Positions 30,852-40,694 are shown, counted from the stretch's first letter. The stretch is DNA of 64,000 bases from an uncultured Cellvibrionaceae bacterium (GCA_964434105.1 CAYSTJ010000003.1:64672-128671); one strand, 5' to 3'. A program made the numbers and translations. Notes: a model not told the origin generated them from the letters alone.

Positions 30852-31601
30852 TTAAAGACCTGTCGATTCGTTTCTTGGATTGCCGGCGACATCCAGGGCG
30901 GTAGCCAATGCATCGGCGACGTCCGTACTATCCGGCCTGGTCGAGCGAAGCGTTTCCGCCAGAATCTGTCGAAAACGTCGCTCGGCGGACGCTGTATCAT
31001 AGGAAGTCCATCGTGCCGCAAGGTCCCACTTCATTCGGTATATGGCAACTGCGGGAAAGTCGAATTCATGCTCTACTTCCCGGCGCTTCAACCAGTTCCA
31101 CACACGCAGCAGAATGAACTTTTCGAGTTCATAGGCCTTGCCTTCTTCCAGTAATTTGCGCGCACTGGCTACCCATGGGTGCAGCTTCTCCATCCCCATC
31201 AGGGGCTCATGCCAGTGTTTCTGCATGAGCGGCTGCCAACGACCATAACCCCACTTTCCAGTGGCTGGTGTCGAACCGGCGCGCTTGTGACGGAGCGCGG
31301 CAATGATACTGCGCAATTCCAGTCGCCAGATGATACTTTCCACAATAAATTCCGAGCGTAGCTCTTTCAGCCGCTTTTCCAGTAACTGTATGAATTCCTC
31401 ATCGCTTCGCTCGGCGGGTTGGCGGAACCAGTCAAGCAGTTCGCCGAGAATTTCCATATCTTCCAGATCCCGGGGCTCCAGCATATGAAAACGCTGCCGC
31501 AACTGTATTCGGGAAATGGGCATACGACGCAGGGGGGCCAGGGATTCAAACCCCGGCAGACTGCAAATCAATGTGGTGTACTTATTGGATTCAGCTTTCA
31601 C
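30852..31601 (-). CDS. DUF2764-like protein (subunit C substitute of Bacteroidetes/Chlamydia-type V-ATPases)
   Basis: 249 aa with the N-terminal YTTLICSLPGF motif. It sits between the E and A subunits, as in that operon type. Confidence 0.6.
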   Translation of the reverse strand: MKAESNKYTTLICSLPGFESLAPLRRMPISRIQLRQRFHMLEPRDLEDMEILGELLDWFRQPAERSDEEFIQLLEKRLKELRSEFIVESIIWRLELRSIIAALRHKRAGSTPATGKWGYGRWQPLMQKHWHEPLMGMEKLHPWVASARKLLEEGKAYELEKFILLRVWNWLKRREVEHEFDFPAVAIYRMKWDLAARWTSYDTASAERRFRQILAETLRSTRPDSTDVADALATALDVAGNPRNESTGL

Positions 31602-32302
31602 TACCTGACCATACCTTCCAGAATCGCGCGAAAGCGCGGCTGCAGGTGTTCCAACAGTAAGCTCGAGATGCGCTCATCGGTAAAATCGATCTGTACGTCC
31701 CTGTCATTTAGCGTTATCAACAGTCCATTGCGACCGTCCGCTGACGGGGCAAACGTCACGCCCTCACGCAATACGTCCGCTGCAACGTTTATAATGAAAT
31801 GTGAAAGACTACCCTCTTCCAGTTCCAGCGGATGGTGACGCAATTCTTCTATGCCTATTAGATCCCGGGGCAGCAGTACCGTCAGGCCCTCGCATTCATC
31901 CAGGCGGTTCTCCTTGCGCACCTTGCCGGCGATTTCCAGAATCAGCGACTGTAGAAACGCTTCCTGCTGCAGTTCTGTGGCAATCAGTCGTCGAACACGT
32001 TCACCGACCACATCGGACAGTTGTGCCTTGAGCTTCAGTACAATATCACGCATGGCGATATTTAAGGCGTCCTCGCCCCCGCGCCTGATCTTCTCCGCCT
32101 CCTGACGGGCGCTGGCGACGGTGTCCTGCGCCTGTTGTTCTGCTTCGGCCAGGATTTTGCCCGCCTTTTCCCGGGCCTCTGCGATCAGTTGCGCGGCTTC
32201 ACTTCGACCCGCCGCCACACCGTCGTCCCGCAAACGCTGAATCAACTGGTCAACGCCGGAGGATATCATTGCCTCGTCTTTTGCTTTCAGTTCGTTTTTC
32301 AC
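31601..32302 (-). CDS. atpE: V-type ATPase subunit E
   Basis: 233 aa with a long charged N-terminal helix (AEAREKAGKILAEAEQQAQ...) and a globular C-terminus. Confidence 0.75.
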   Translation of the reverse strand: MKNELKAKDEAMISSGVDQLIQRLRDDGVAAGRSEAAQLIAEAREKAGKILAEAEQQAQDTVASARQEAEKIRRGGEDALNIAMRDIVLKLKAQLSDVVGERVRRLIATELQQEAFLQSLILEIAGKVRKENRLDECEGLTVLLPRDLIGIEELRHHPLELEEGSLSHFIINVAADVLREGVTFAPSADGRNGLLITLNDRDVQIDFTDERISSLLLEHLQPRFRAILEGMVR

Positions 32303-32320
32303 ACCGACTCTCCGATCAGA

Positions 32321-32767
32321 TTACACAGGGATGTTTTCGGCGGCCACCAGGGCGAAAACAAACGCAAAAACCGCAAAACCTTCAACGATTGCCGCCGGAG
32401 CAAGCGAAAGACCGAATATTTCAGCTTTCATCTTGCTGGCATGAATCGCCGAAGCACAGGCCTGCCCCTGTCGGATTCCGGAAAACATCAGTGCCAGACC
32501 GGCCATAATACCAATACCGGCAAGCGCAGGCGCGGTTGCCACAGTCACTTCGCGCTGCAGGGTAAACATCACGACCACGCCATAGATAACCTGTGAAGAG
32601 GGCATTACGGATACACCAATAAATCGACCGTAACCCGACTCGCTATCCAGCATGGCGCCGATGGCCGCCTGCCCTGCAATGGCGCAACCGATGATACTGC
32701 CGATAGCACCGAGAGCCATTACACCATACATACCCGCCCAACCCAGGGCGATGACCAACTCATTCAT
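32321..32767 (-). CDS. atpK: V-type ATPase proteolipid subunit K (4-TM)
   Basis: 148 aa forming a duplicated hairpin, with the motifs MPSSQVIYG, SGIRQG and AIVEGFAVF. Confidence 0.9.
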   Translation of the reverse strand: MNELVIALGWAGMYGVMALGAIGSIIGCAIAGQAAIGAMLDSESGYGRFIGVSVMPSSQVIYGVVVMFTLQREVTVATAPALAGIGIMAGLALMFSGIRQGQACASAIHASKMKAEIFGLSLAPAAIVEGFAVFAFVFALVAAENIPV

Positions 32768-34568
32768 TCGGAAACTCCTGCTTTTTGAAGGCTCGAAAAG
32801 GGTAACCCTCGCCGTGCAACGCCCAGTTATAGAACTCTATGAAATTCAGGCGCAATCCATGCACCACACCGCTGACAATCGCCAGCACCAGATTCAGCGT
32901 GTGACCAATCAGCAAAATCGACACGCCGCCCAGGGTTCCCAGTCCCGAACCGGACTCGAAGGCATTGTTCGCCAGCCCGTTAAACGTCAACGCCAGCGAA
33001 GTCGATGCAAGACCCAGCGCAAACAGCCGAAGATAGGACAATACATCGCCGAACATGGAAGTGACATTGGTCAGGGCCTTTAGACCTTCCAGCGCACGCA
33101 GCAACAGGCTCAGAGGCGATGTTACTTTGCGATCGCTGCCACTGGCGAAAATCAAAACCATGGCGGTACCTCCCAGCAGCCAGACGCTGCTGCGCGCCAG
33201 CGTCCCGGCGCCAGACAGCGCATAGACTGCGCCGGCAACCAGCGCCAGCGCCCAGCCTATATGGCCCAAAGACCGGGTCGACCCACGCCATAAAAATGCC
33301 TGCTGCAGATTGGCAATCAGCAGATGCAGTATGCCGCAGCCAACGGAGATGGCCATCATGGTGTCAAACTGATTGATATCCAGTAACCGGGCCCGGTCGA
33401 AAACCGTATTTTCTGCCGGCGTATGCCCGAAATAGCTGCCAACCACCATCCCCCACACCAGAGACGTTCCACTCAACGCGGCCAGAAGGGGCCGCAGTTT
33501 TTTGCCGGTCTGTGAACGCCCCAGTGTTTTCCAGCCCAGCGCCAGAGCAACCAACAGCAAGACTGAATAACCGGCGTCGGACAAAATCATGGCGAAAAAC
33601 AGCGAAAATGAAATCATCAGGATCAGCGACGGATCCCATGTGCCATAGGCCGGTGTCTGGTAAAAATTCACGAGCAGCTCCGCGCCCTTCACAGACTCGG
33701 GATTTTCCAGCAGTGTCGGCGGCATTTCATCAGGCTGATGATCTTCGATGTGTGCGGCGGTTCCGGATTCTTCGCAAAACCGGGACAATGACGCAAGCCG
33801 CGAGGCCTCAATCCAGCCCTGCAGGACAAAAACGTCTTCGTAATCAACGCTATAGTACTGCGCAATGGTGAGTGCACTGCTATCGTCGGCACGACTGCGG
33901 TAACGGATCAGCAGGCTTATCCAGCGCGTATAACGCTGACGGTCCGCTTCGATATCCTCCAGTGCCAGTTCCACTTCGCGACGTTGTCGGGTTACCTCCT
34001 CCCGCGGCAAAGCGCCGGTATGATATCGTTCGACGGGCAGAATGTCGTGCGGTGGTTCTTCCTGGCTGACAATAACAACCCAAAAACGGTTGTCCTGCTT
34101 GTGAACAACCTGCCATGGCAGGTCAACCTTTAACAGCGCATCCCGGTGTTTGTAAGGCACAATATAAAACCATAACCGAAAACCGCCCATGTCAGTCAGC
34201 GGCGGCAAGCGGAAGTTGCCCCAGGCTTTCAGCGTTTCTTCCCTTTCTCGCAAAATTTCCAGTCGATCCGTAAGGTCGCGCTTCTCATTCTTGTTTTGTA
34301 GTACCTCCTCGATGACAGTTTCCAGGTCGATGTCATCGAAAAACGCCTGTTTCCGGCGTACCGGAGAATCTTCAAGGTAACGTATCGCCTTTTGCAGGTT
34401 TTCGCTTAGCGTTTGTGACCGGGCAAGCTCGGCGTCGTCCAGATCATTTCGATTCACAGATAGATCGGTCAAATGCACGGTCCCAAACGTCTGCAACGCT
34501 TCAAGCGCCTGGGCCTTTTCATTCAGTCGGCCCACCAACCAGACTTTCTTCAGCGTGGCGATGCTCAT
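32760..34568 (-). CDS. atpI: V-type ATPase subunit I (stator a-subunit)
   Basis: 602 aa with a soluble N-terminal half and a C-terminal polytopic half containing the conserved Arg region (LSYLRLFALGLAS). Confidence 0.9.
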   Translation of the reverse strand: MSIATLKKVWLVGRLNEKAQALEALQTFGTVHLTDLSVNRNDLDDAELARSQTLSENLQKAIRYLEDSPVRRKQAFFDDIDLETVIEEVLQNKNEKRDLTDRLEILREREETLKAWGNFRLPPLTDMGGFRLWFYIVPYKHRDALLKVDLPWQVVHKQDNRFWVVIVSQEEPPHDILPVERYHTGALPREEVTRQRREVELALEDIEADRQRYTRWISLLIRYRSRADDSSALTIAQYYSVDYEDVFVLQGWIEASRLASLSRFCEESGTAAHIEDHQPDEMPPTLLENPESVKGAELLVNFYQTPAYGTWDPSLILMISFSLFFAMILSDAGYSVLLLVALALGWKTLGRSQTGKKLRPLLAALSGTSLVWGMVVGSYFGHTPAENTVFDRARLLDINQFDTMMAISVGCGILHLLIANLQQAFLWRGSTRSLGHIGWALALVAGAVYALSGAGTLARSSVWLLGGTAMVLIFASGSDRKVTSPLSLLLRALEGLKALTNVTSMFGDVLSYLRLFALGLASTSLALTFNGLANNAFESGSGLGTLGGVSILLIGHTLNLVLAIVSGVVHGLRLNFIEFYNWALHGEGYPFRAFKKQEFPNE

Positions 34569-35182
34569 TGCGCGTCTCCCGCCGTATCCTGCTCTGCACG
34601 TTTGCGTTTGGATATTTTGGAGCGTACGACTGCGGCGCGTTCATTGTCAGAGAGAAATATCTCGATTCTCCGCATATTGCTGCGGGTATCCGGTATCAAA
34701 ATCTTGTCCAGCAGGTTCACCCTCTGTGTTGCTTTCCTCACCGCATAGGTCAGCTTTTCAACCCGCTGCCGGTGGATATCAACCTGAATACTGAGTCGTA
34801 CCGCTTCGTACAGATTGGTAATCAGTAAATCCACCCAGTGCGGCCGAACCAGATAACCATAGGTTTGTCGGGTCAGCGTCAATTCCTGCAGCTTCGGCAG
34901 GTAAATTCCCATCAGGTTTTCTTCAACTACCTTCACGGCGTCGATCTTTACCAGGTTATTGAATTCGAGTTCTTCGTTCGCCAGCATCGGCAGCCCGTGG
35001 GAGGCGCTCTCCATCGCGGACTGCAATTGTTCTTCCAGCTCCCGCAACAAATCCTGCTGTCGCTTCTTTTCGATGACGAGCTGCTTGCGTTTTAGATCCA
35101 GGGACGGCAGAAAGCGCTGGTAGTTCTCCAGCTTTTTCGCCTCCTTGAGATAGGTCGATTTACTGAGTGTCAGCTGTGCCAT
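34565..35182 (-). CDS. atpD: V-type ATPase subunit D
   Basis: 205 aa with LTLSKSTYLKEAKKLENYQRFLPSLDLKRKQL and a coiled-coil central stalk pattern. Confidence 0.9.
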   Translation of the reverse strand: MAQLTLSKSTYLKEAKKLENYQRFLPSLDLKRKQLVIEKKRQQDLLRELEEQLQSAMESASHGLPMLANEELEFNNLVKIDAVKVVEENLMGIYLPKLQELTLTRQTYGYLVRPHWVDLLITNLYEAVRLSIQVDIHRQRVEKLTYAVRKATQRVNLLDKILIPDTRSNMRRIEIFLSDNERAAVVRSKISKRKRAEQDTAGDAQ

Positions 35183-36515
35183 CTGGGAAGTACTTGTCGA
35201 TAAGTTGTTGTTTCATCAGCAATTCTTCGGGTCGAAAACATTCGGCCAGGGTCTGCCAGGACAAGTCGAGTGCATCTTCCAGCTCAATACTCACATCGAT
35301 ATCCATAAATCGTTGACGGAACAGCTTCCCGAATCGCAGCACACGCTGATCGAATTCGGATAGCTCGAATGCCATTGCCTGTTTCTGCTCCGCATCGCGC
35401 GCCGATGAATAAAAGCGAATCATGGTATTCATGATCTGACTGTGATCATCCCGGGTCTGCTTGCCGATAACATGCTGCTTCAGGCGCGACAGGGATCCGA
35501 ACGGATCGAGCACCCCGTCGTGCAGGTAAAACTGACCTTCGGTAATATACCCGGTGTTATCCGGTACGGGGTGAGTGACGTCATCGCCGGGCATGGTGGT
35601 CGCAGTCAGTATGGTGACAGACCCGCCTTTTTTGTAGTCGGCTGCTTTTTCGTAACGGCGCGCCAACTGGGAATAGAGGTCGCCCATATAGCCGCGGTTG
35701 GAGGGAATATTTTCCATGGCGATGCCGACTTCTTTCATGGCATCCGCATAGGCCGTCATGTCAGTCATCAGTACCAGTACCCGCTTGCCCTCTTCCACGG
35801 CGAACTTCTCCGCCACAGCGAGACACATATCCGGCACAAGCAAACGCTCCACCACGGGATCTGACGCCAGATTGACAAACATAATGGTGCGTGCAAAAAC
35901 ACCGGCATCCGTAAACTGCTGCTGAAACATATGGTAGTCATCAAAGATCAAACCCAGCCCCCCGAACACCACCAGATCAGCATCGGCCTGAATACCAATT
36001 CTTGCCAGCAACTTGTTGTAAGGCTCTCCCGCTACGGAAAATATCGGAATTTTCTGGCTTTCGACCAGGCTGTTGAATACATCGATCATGGGAATATTGG
36101 TGCGAATCATTCTGGATGCCAACTGACGCCTGACCGGATTCACGGAAGGCCCGTCAATATCGATCCTGACGTCCTGGGTCAGGTTCGGCCCCATATCCAT
36201 TGGCTGCCCGTCACCGCGAAATACCCGCCCGAGAATATTCGCTGAACAGGTAACGCGAAAGGGACTGCCCAGGAAACTGATATCGGCTTTGGTGGACAGG
36301 CCGGTAGCACCGGCGAATACCTGTAGCGAGGCAATATCCCGATCCAGCCGAATCACACGCGCCAGCGAACTAAAGCCGTTGGCGTCCTCGACCCGCGCCA
36401 TATCGTTCAGCGCGATGGTCGCATTGTTACTGGTCACATCGTGTGCGGTGCGTACCTTGACGATATCCCCGACGATTTCCAGAATTTTCGAGTAACGGGT
36501 CAGTTGCTGTGACAT
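35160..36515 (-). CDS. atpB: V/A-type ATPase subunit B
   Basis: The ORF track extends to 36686, but the first 57 codons are Arg-rich junk. The ATG at 36515 (MSQQLTRYSKILEIVGDIVKV) gives a canonical roughly 451-aa B subunit. Confidence 0.95.
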   Translation of the reverse strand: MSQQLTRYSKILEIVGDIVKVRTAHDVTSNNATIALNDMARVEDANGFSSLARVIRLDRDIASLQVFAGATGLSTKADISFLGSPFRVTCSANILGRVFRGDGQPMDMGPNLTQDVRIDIDGPSVNPVRRQLASRMIRTNIPMIDVFNSLVESQKIPIFSVAGEPYNKLLARIGIQADADLVVFGGLGLIFDDYHMFQQQFTDAGVFARTIMFVNLASDPVVERLLVPDMCLAVAEKFAVEEGKRVLVLMTDMTAYADAMKEVGIAMENIPSNRGYMGDLYSQLARRYEKAADYKKGGSVTILTATTMPGDDVTHPVPDNTGYITEGQFYLHDGVLDPFGSLSRLKQHVIGKQTRDDHSQIMNTMIRFYSSARDAEQKQAMAFELSEFDQRVLRFGKLFRQRFMDIDVSIELEDALDLSWQTLAECFRPEELLMKQQLIDKYFPDGTADTQ

Positions 36516-37115
36516 GTGACGGGATGAATCCTGTGTGTAATTATTCGGGATGATAGCAGCTATGATTCGCCGCGGTAACCGGCAGCGCACCACGGGCATT
36601 GTGCGCCGGCTCGCCCGGATTCTCATCAGGCGACTGCCTCCGCTGCGTACACTGGAATGCCCCGACTTCGCCTTCAACGTCGCCAAATGGATAAACGCCA
36701 GCGTACAATATCTCCGACCACCCGTCGCCTGTCAGAGGGTATCCTGCCGGATAGCGCAGAGAAAAATATTCGTCATCCTGATCAAAACGGGGACATACCG
36801 CTGCAATGATAAATCAGGCGCAGCAAATCACCAAATGGTCATCCGGCAATGCCGCACTGCAGCCTTATTCCGCGGACTGGGTTGAGCCACGGCTACCGAC
36901 ACCGTCAAACAAGCATAGCGGCACTGATTCCGTGGTATTTGTTCCAGATCAGAAGCTGCTACAGTAAATGGTTTGACACCCTTTTTATCCTGTTGACAGC
37001 GGAACAGTCAGCTTACCACCTAACTACAGAATACGGGCGATTTATTACCTGTTCACTACGGTAACCTATTACACTTTAGGCCCCGGCAGACAAAAATCAA
37101 CCATCTGGACAGGCT

Positions 37116-38309
37116 ATGACACAAATAATAATGGTATTCAACAGCGGTAGTTCCTCTTTCAAATTTTCGCTGTTTTCCGTCGATGAAACCTTGTTGCTGC
37201 ACGGCATCGCGGACAAACTGGGTCATGATGACGCCTACATCGAGCTACGCAGGGGTAAAGACCGGCAACACGTCGCCATTACAGGCGCGACGCACCGCCA
37301 GGCGATATCCAAACTGATCGATATACTGCCTACCTTTGACATCCAGTTTCGGGATATTGCCATAGTCGGTCACAGGGTCGTGCACGGGGGGGAGAAATTC
37401 TCACGGTCTGTTCTTATCGACGATCAGGTCCGTGAGCAGATTGCCACGTGCAATAGCCTTGCCCCCCTTCACAACCCAAAGAATCTGCTGGGTATCGAAA
37501 TCATGCAGGACCTGAGTCCAGAGCTGCCGCAGGTCGCGGTATTCGACACTGCCTTCCATCAAACACTGCCCCAAAACGCCTTTCTTTATGCCATTCCATG
37601 GAATCTGTACCAACAGCTGGGCGTAAGACGGTATGGGTTTCATGGCACCAGCCATCGGTATGTCGCACAATCGGCAATGGATCAGTTGGCGCTCGACCGA
37701 GACGACAGTCAGTTGCTGACCGCGCACCTCGGGAACGGTTGCAGTGCCTGCGCGATCGTTAACGGGCGCAGTGTCGATACCACGATGGGACTGACGCCAC
37801 TGGAAGGATTAATGATGGGAACGCGCTCCGGCGATGTGGACCCGAGCCTGCACGAATTTCTGCAGGAGCGGCTGGACTGGTCAACTGCCCGCACTACCGA
37901 GATGCTGAATCACGAATCGGGCCTGCTGGGCCTGTCGCAGAAAAGCAATGACATGCGCACCGTCTACGCAGCCGCGCTTGCAGGCGACCAGCAATGCAAG
38001 CTGGCATTCGACGTATTCTGCTTCAGGGTTGCACGACAATTGAGTGCGCTCGCAGTTTCCCTGCAACGCATCGACGCGCTGGTATTCACCGGTGGTATTG
38101 GCGAAAATCATGCACCAACCCGGGCAGCCGTAATTCAGCAGATGTCACTGTTCGGCTTCAAACTGGACAGTGCAGGCAATGCGGAGCACGGCAGAAATCG
38201 GCGCGGTCTGATTACAACGCCTGACAGCACGCGAGCCTGCGTCGTTAAAACCGATGAGGAACTTATGATCGCGCGTGACTGTATCCAGTTACTGGCGCAA
38301 GCCCATTAA
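37116..38309 (+). CDS. ackA: Acetate kinase
   Basis: 397 aa with the FNSGSSSFKF, VGHRVVHGG and HLGNGCS motifs. Confidence 0.95.
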   Translation: MTQIIMVFNSGSSSFKFSLFSVDETLLLHGIADKLGHDDAYIELRRGKDRQHVAITGATHRQAISKLIDILPTFDIQFRDIAIVGHRVVHGGEKFSRSVLIDDQVREQIATCNSLAPLHNPKNLLGIEIMQDLSPELPQVAVFDTAFHQTLPQNAFLYAIPWNLYQQLGVRRYGFHGTSHRYVAQSAMDQLALDRDDSQLLTAHLGNGCSACAIVNGRSVDTTMGLTPLEGLMMGTRSGDVDPSLHEFLQERLDWSTARTTEMLNHESGLLGLSQKSNDMRTVYAAALAGDQQCKLAFDVFCFRVARQLSALAVSLQRIDALVFTGGIGENHAPTRAAVIQQMSLFGFKLDSAGNAEHGRNRRGLITTPDSTRACVVKTDEELMIARDCIQLLAQAH

Positions 38310-38381
38310 CCGGGTGGCTGCCACCGGGCGTATACACCTGTAACGCCGGGGCTGTCCCTTTCAAAAAAACAAGGAATTGCC

Positions 38382-40511
38382 ATGCACACTTTTTTTGTTG
38401 CGCCAATTGCAGCGGGTACCGGCCTGTCCTCAGTCTGCATGGGGCTGGTGCGATCACTGGACCAGCTCGGGGTACGCGTCGCCTATTTTAAGCCCATAGC
38501 GCAGAGCGACAACCTGGAACGCAAGAAAACTCACCTGGCCGAGGAATTTCCACATTCTTCACACATTCAGTTGAGTCTCAACTATGCCCAGAAAATGATG
38601 TCGCACGGCAAGGCCGATTTACTGATGGAGGAGATCCTCAATAATTGGCAACGCTATCTTGATACGGCCGATGTCGTGATCGTTGAGGGGCTGGTCCCGG
38701 AAGCCGACGAAGAATATATTGAACAACTGAATCCACTGCTGGCACGGGTCCTTGCCAGTGATGTCATCCTGGTTGCGGCGCGCAAGCGCTATACACTGGC
38801 ACAACTGAATGACCGTATCGAAATGACCGCCAGCCTGTTCGGCGGACGAAAAAATCCAAAGGTTATTGGTTGTATCATCAATAAAGTCGGCGAACCGCCA
38901 GAAGCGTATCATAAGTACCATTCCACAGCGGACGACAGCGCACCACAGCCTGAAGTCGATGCCGTTCCGGATCAACTCCGGGCGCTTCCGGTATTCGATA
39001 GTCCGGGTTTTATCTGTCTGGGCCTGGTCAGTTGGAACCCGGAATTGATCGCACCACGTACGGCCGATGTCGTTCGGCATTTGCGGGCAGAGATTTTGTA
39101 TGAAGGCGAGCAACACAAGCGTCGGGTAAAGTCGATGGTGTTCATGGCGCGCACGGTGCCCAACATGATGCACACACTGAAAGCCGGAACGCTGGTCATT
39201 ACCCCTGGTGACCGGGTGGATATTCTGCTTGCCAGTGTCATAGCGGTGCTCAACGGCGTACCGCTGGCCGGCATTGTCTTTACCGGCGGCCTGTTGCCAG
39301 ACGAACAGGTTATGGAACACTGTCAGACGGCCATTCAGACGGGGCTGCCACTGCTGACATTGCCGGGCGATACGCTGACAACGGCACAATGGCTGGGCGA
39401 GATGAGCCAGGAAGTGCCGTCCGACGATCAGGAAAGGCGCGACGCGGTGATGGAAAACATCGCCCTGCATATCGATGCTGTCTGGCTTGCAGAGCGTGGC
39501 CGGTTGCCCCAGGAAACGCGACTGTCTCCCCCGGCTTTCCGCCACTCCCTGATGATGCGATCGCGCCTGGCCAACAAGCGGATTGTTCTACCCGAAGGTG
39601 AGGAACCGCGTACGATTCAGGCGGCAAAAATCTGCGTCGAACGGGAAATTGCCCGCTGCGTGCTGCTGGGTAAACGTGACACAATTCTCCGCCTGGCGCA
39701 CAGCCAGGGATATGAGCTGCCGCGGGGCGTGGAAATAATAGATCCCGACGCTGTACGCCACCGGTATATCGAGCCTATGGTGGCTCTGCGCAAGCACAAG
39801 GGAATGACTGCCGCCACCGCTGAGGCCATGCTGGAAGATTCCGTAGTCCTTGGAACCATGATGCTGGCGCGCAATGAAGTAGATGGTCTGGTCAGCGGCG
39901 CCGTACACACGACCGCCAATACAATCCGCCCGGCGCTGCAATTGATTAAAACCCGACCGGACACCACGCTGGTCTCGTCAGTGTTTTTTATGCTCCTGCC
40001 GGATCAGGCACTGGTATACGGCGACTGCGCGGTTAACCCCAATCCCAACGCGGAAGAACTGGCGGATATCGCGATTCAGTCCGGTGACACTGCGCGGGCC
40101 TTCGGTGTAGAGCCACGTATCGCGATGATCAGTTACTCCACCGGTGAATCCGGCAGCGGCAGCGACGTGGAAAAAGTGCGTGAAGCAACGGCCATCGCCC
40201 GTCGCAAACGCCCTGACCTGACCATAGATGGTCCAATGCAATATGATGCGGCGGCTATTCCGAGCGTTGCGGCGGCGAAGGCACCAAACAGTCCGGTCGC
40301 CGGTAAGGCCACCGTCTATATTTTTCCTGACCTGAATACCGGCAATACCACTTACAAGGCCGTGCAGCGCAGCGCCAACGTGCTCAGTGTAGGCCCGGTC
40401 CTGCAAGGCCTGAGAAAACCGGTTAACGACCTCAGTCGCGGGGCGCTGGTGGACGACATTGTCTATACCATCGCCATCACGGCCATACAGGCTGATCAGA
40501 CGCCAGCCTGA
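38382..40511 (+). CDS. pta: Phosphate acetyltransferase (long form, DRTGG + PTA domains)
   Basis: 709 aa with an N-terminal CobQ/DRTGG-like region and a C-terminal PTA_PTB domain (SGAVHTTANTIRPALQ...YIFPDLNTGNTTYK). Confidence 0.95.
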   Translation: MHTFFVAPIAAGTGLSSVCMGLVRSLDQLGVRVAYFKPIAQSDNLERKKTHLAEEFPHSSHIQLSLNYAQKMMSHGKADLLMEEILNNWQRYLDTADVVIVEGLVPEADEEYIEQLNPLLARVLASDVILVAARKRYTLAQLNDRIEMTASLFGGRKNPKVIGCIINKVGEPPEAYHKYHSTADDSAPQPEVDAVPDQLRALPVFDSPGFICLGLVSWNPELIAPRTADVVRHLRAEILYEGEQHKRRVKSMVFMARTVPNMMHTLKAGTLVITPGDRVDILLASVIAVLNGVPLAGIVFTGGLLPDEQVMEHCQTAIQTGLPLLTLPGDTLTTAQWLGEMSQEVPSDDQERRDAVMENIALHIDAVWLAERGRLPQETRLSPPAFRHSLMMRSRLANKRIVLPEGEEPRTIQAAKICVEREIARCVLLGKRDTILRLAHSQGYELPRGVEIIDPDAVRHRYIEPMVALRKHKGMTAATAEAMLEDSVVLGTMMLARNEVDGLVSGAVHTTANTIRPALQLIKTRPDTTLVSSVFFMLLPDQALVYGDCAVNPNPNAEELADIAIQSGDTARAFGVEPRIAMISYSTGESGSGSDVEKVREATAIARRKRPDLTIDGPMQYDAAAIPSVAAAKAPNSPVAGKATVYIFPDLNTGNTTYKAVQRSANVLSVGPVLQGLRKPVNDLSRGALVDDIVYTIAITAIQADQTPA

Positions 40512-40525
40512 TCTGAACAATACTG

Positions 40526-40550
40526 ACAGCCCGGATCGTCGGGCTGTTAT
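40526..40550 (+). terminator. Candidate terminator after pta
   Basis: ACAGCCCG-gatcgt-CGGGCTGT followed by a weak T tract (TTATC). Confidence 0.4.
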
Positions 40551-40594
40551 CGGCCGAAACTGCCGCCAAGGCGCCAATCCGCGTCTAGCTCGCT

Positions 40595-40692
40595 GTCACT
40601 ATTCAGTGCGTGTCGTCACTATTCAGTGTCACTATTCAGTGCCTGTCGTAACTATCCAGCGCGTATCACACGGTAACTATTCAGCTCATGCC
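40595..40692 (+). repeat. Five clustered units of the AACTATTCAGC-type motif
   Basis: The units are gtcactattcagtg, gtcactattcagtg, tcactattcagtg, gtaactatccagcg and gtaactattcagctcatgcc. They lie between the convergent pta and cydB ends. Confidence 0.8.
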
Positions 40693-40694
40693 GG

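Noticed and set aside
36516-36686. 57-codon N-terminal extension of V-ATPase subunit B.
   Set aside because: The sequence is Arg-rich and non-conserved-looking, and canonical B-subunit similarity starts at the internal ATG at 36515.
36544-36813. A 90-codon open minus-strand frame with protein-like composition (..DDEYFSLRYPAGYPLTGDGWSEILYAGVYPFGDVEGE..) ending 25 nt before atpB.
   Set aside because: There is no ATG or GTG in frame, only an internal TTG. I recognise no family and it bears no resemblance to the F or G subunits. It may be a relic, but I cannot support it as a gene.
38619-39545. Long antisense ORFs inside well-supported genes: 308 aa antisense to pta, 309 aa at 51181-52110 antisense to prc, 264 aa at 8861-9655 antisense to GH5, and 199 aa at 39978-40577.
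   Set aside because: They lie entirely within, and opposite to, genes with unambiguous family signatures. They have Arg/Gly/Pro-rich shadow-frame composition and no recognisable motifs.
40595-40692. Clustered short direct repeats considered as a possible CRISPR array.
   Set aside because: The units are only about 13 nt long with irregular 0-8-nt spacing, there are no uniform spacers and no cas genes, and the same motif is dispersed elsewhere.
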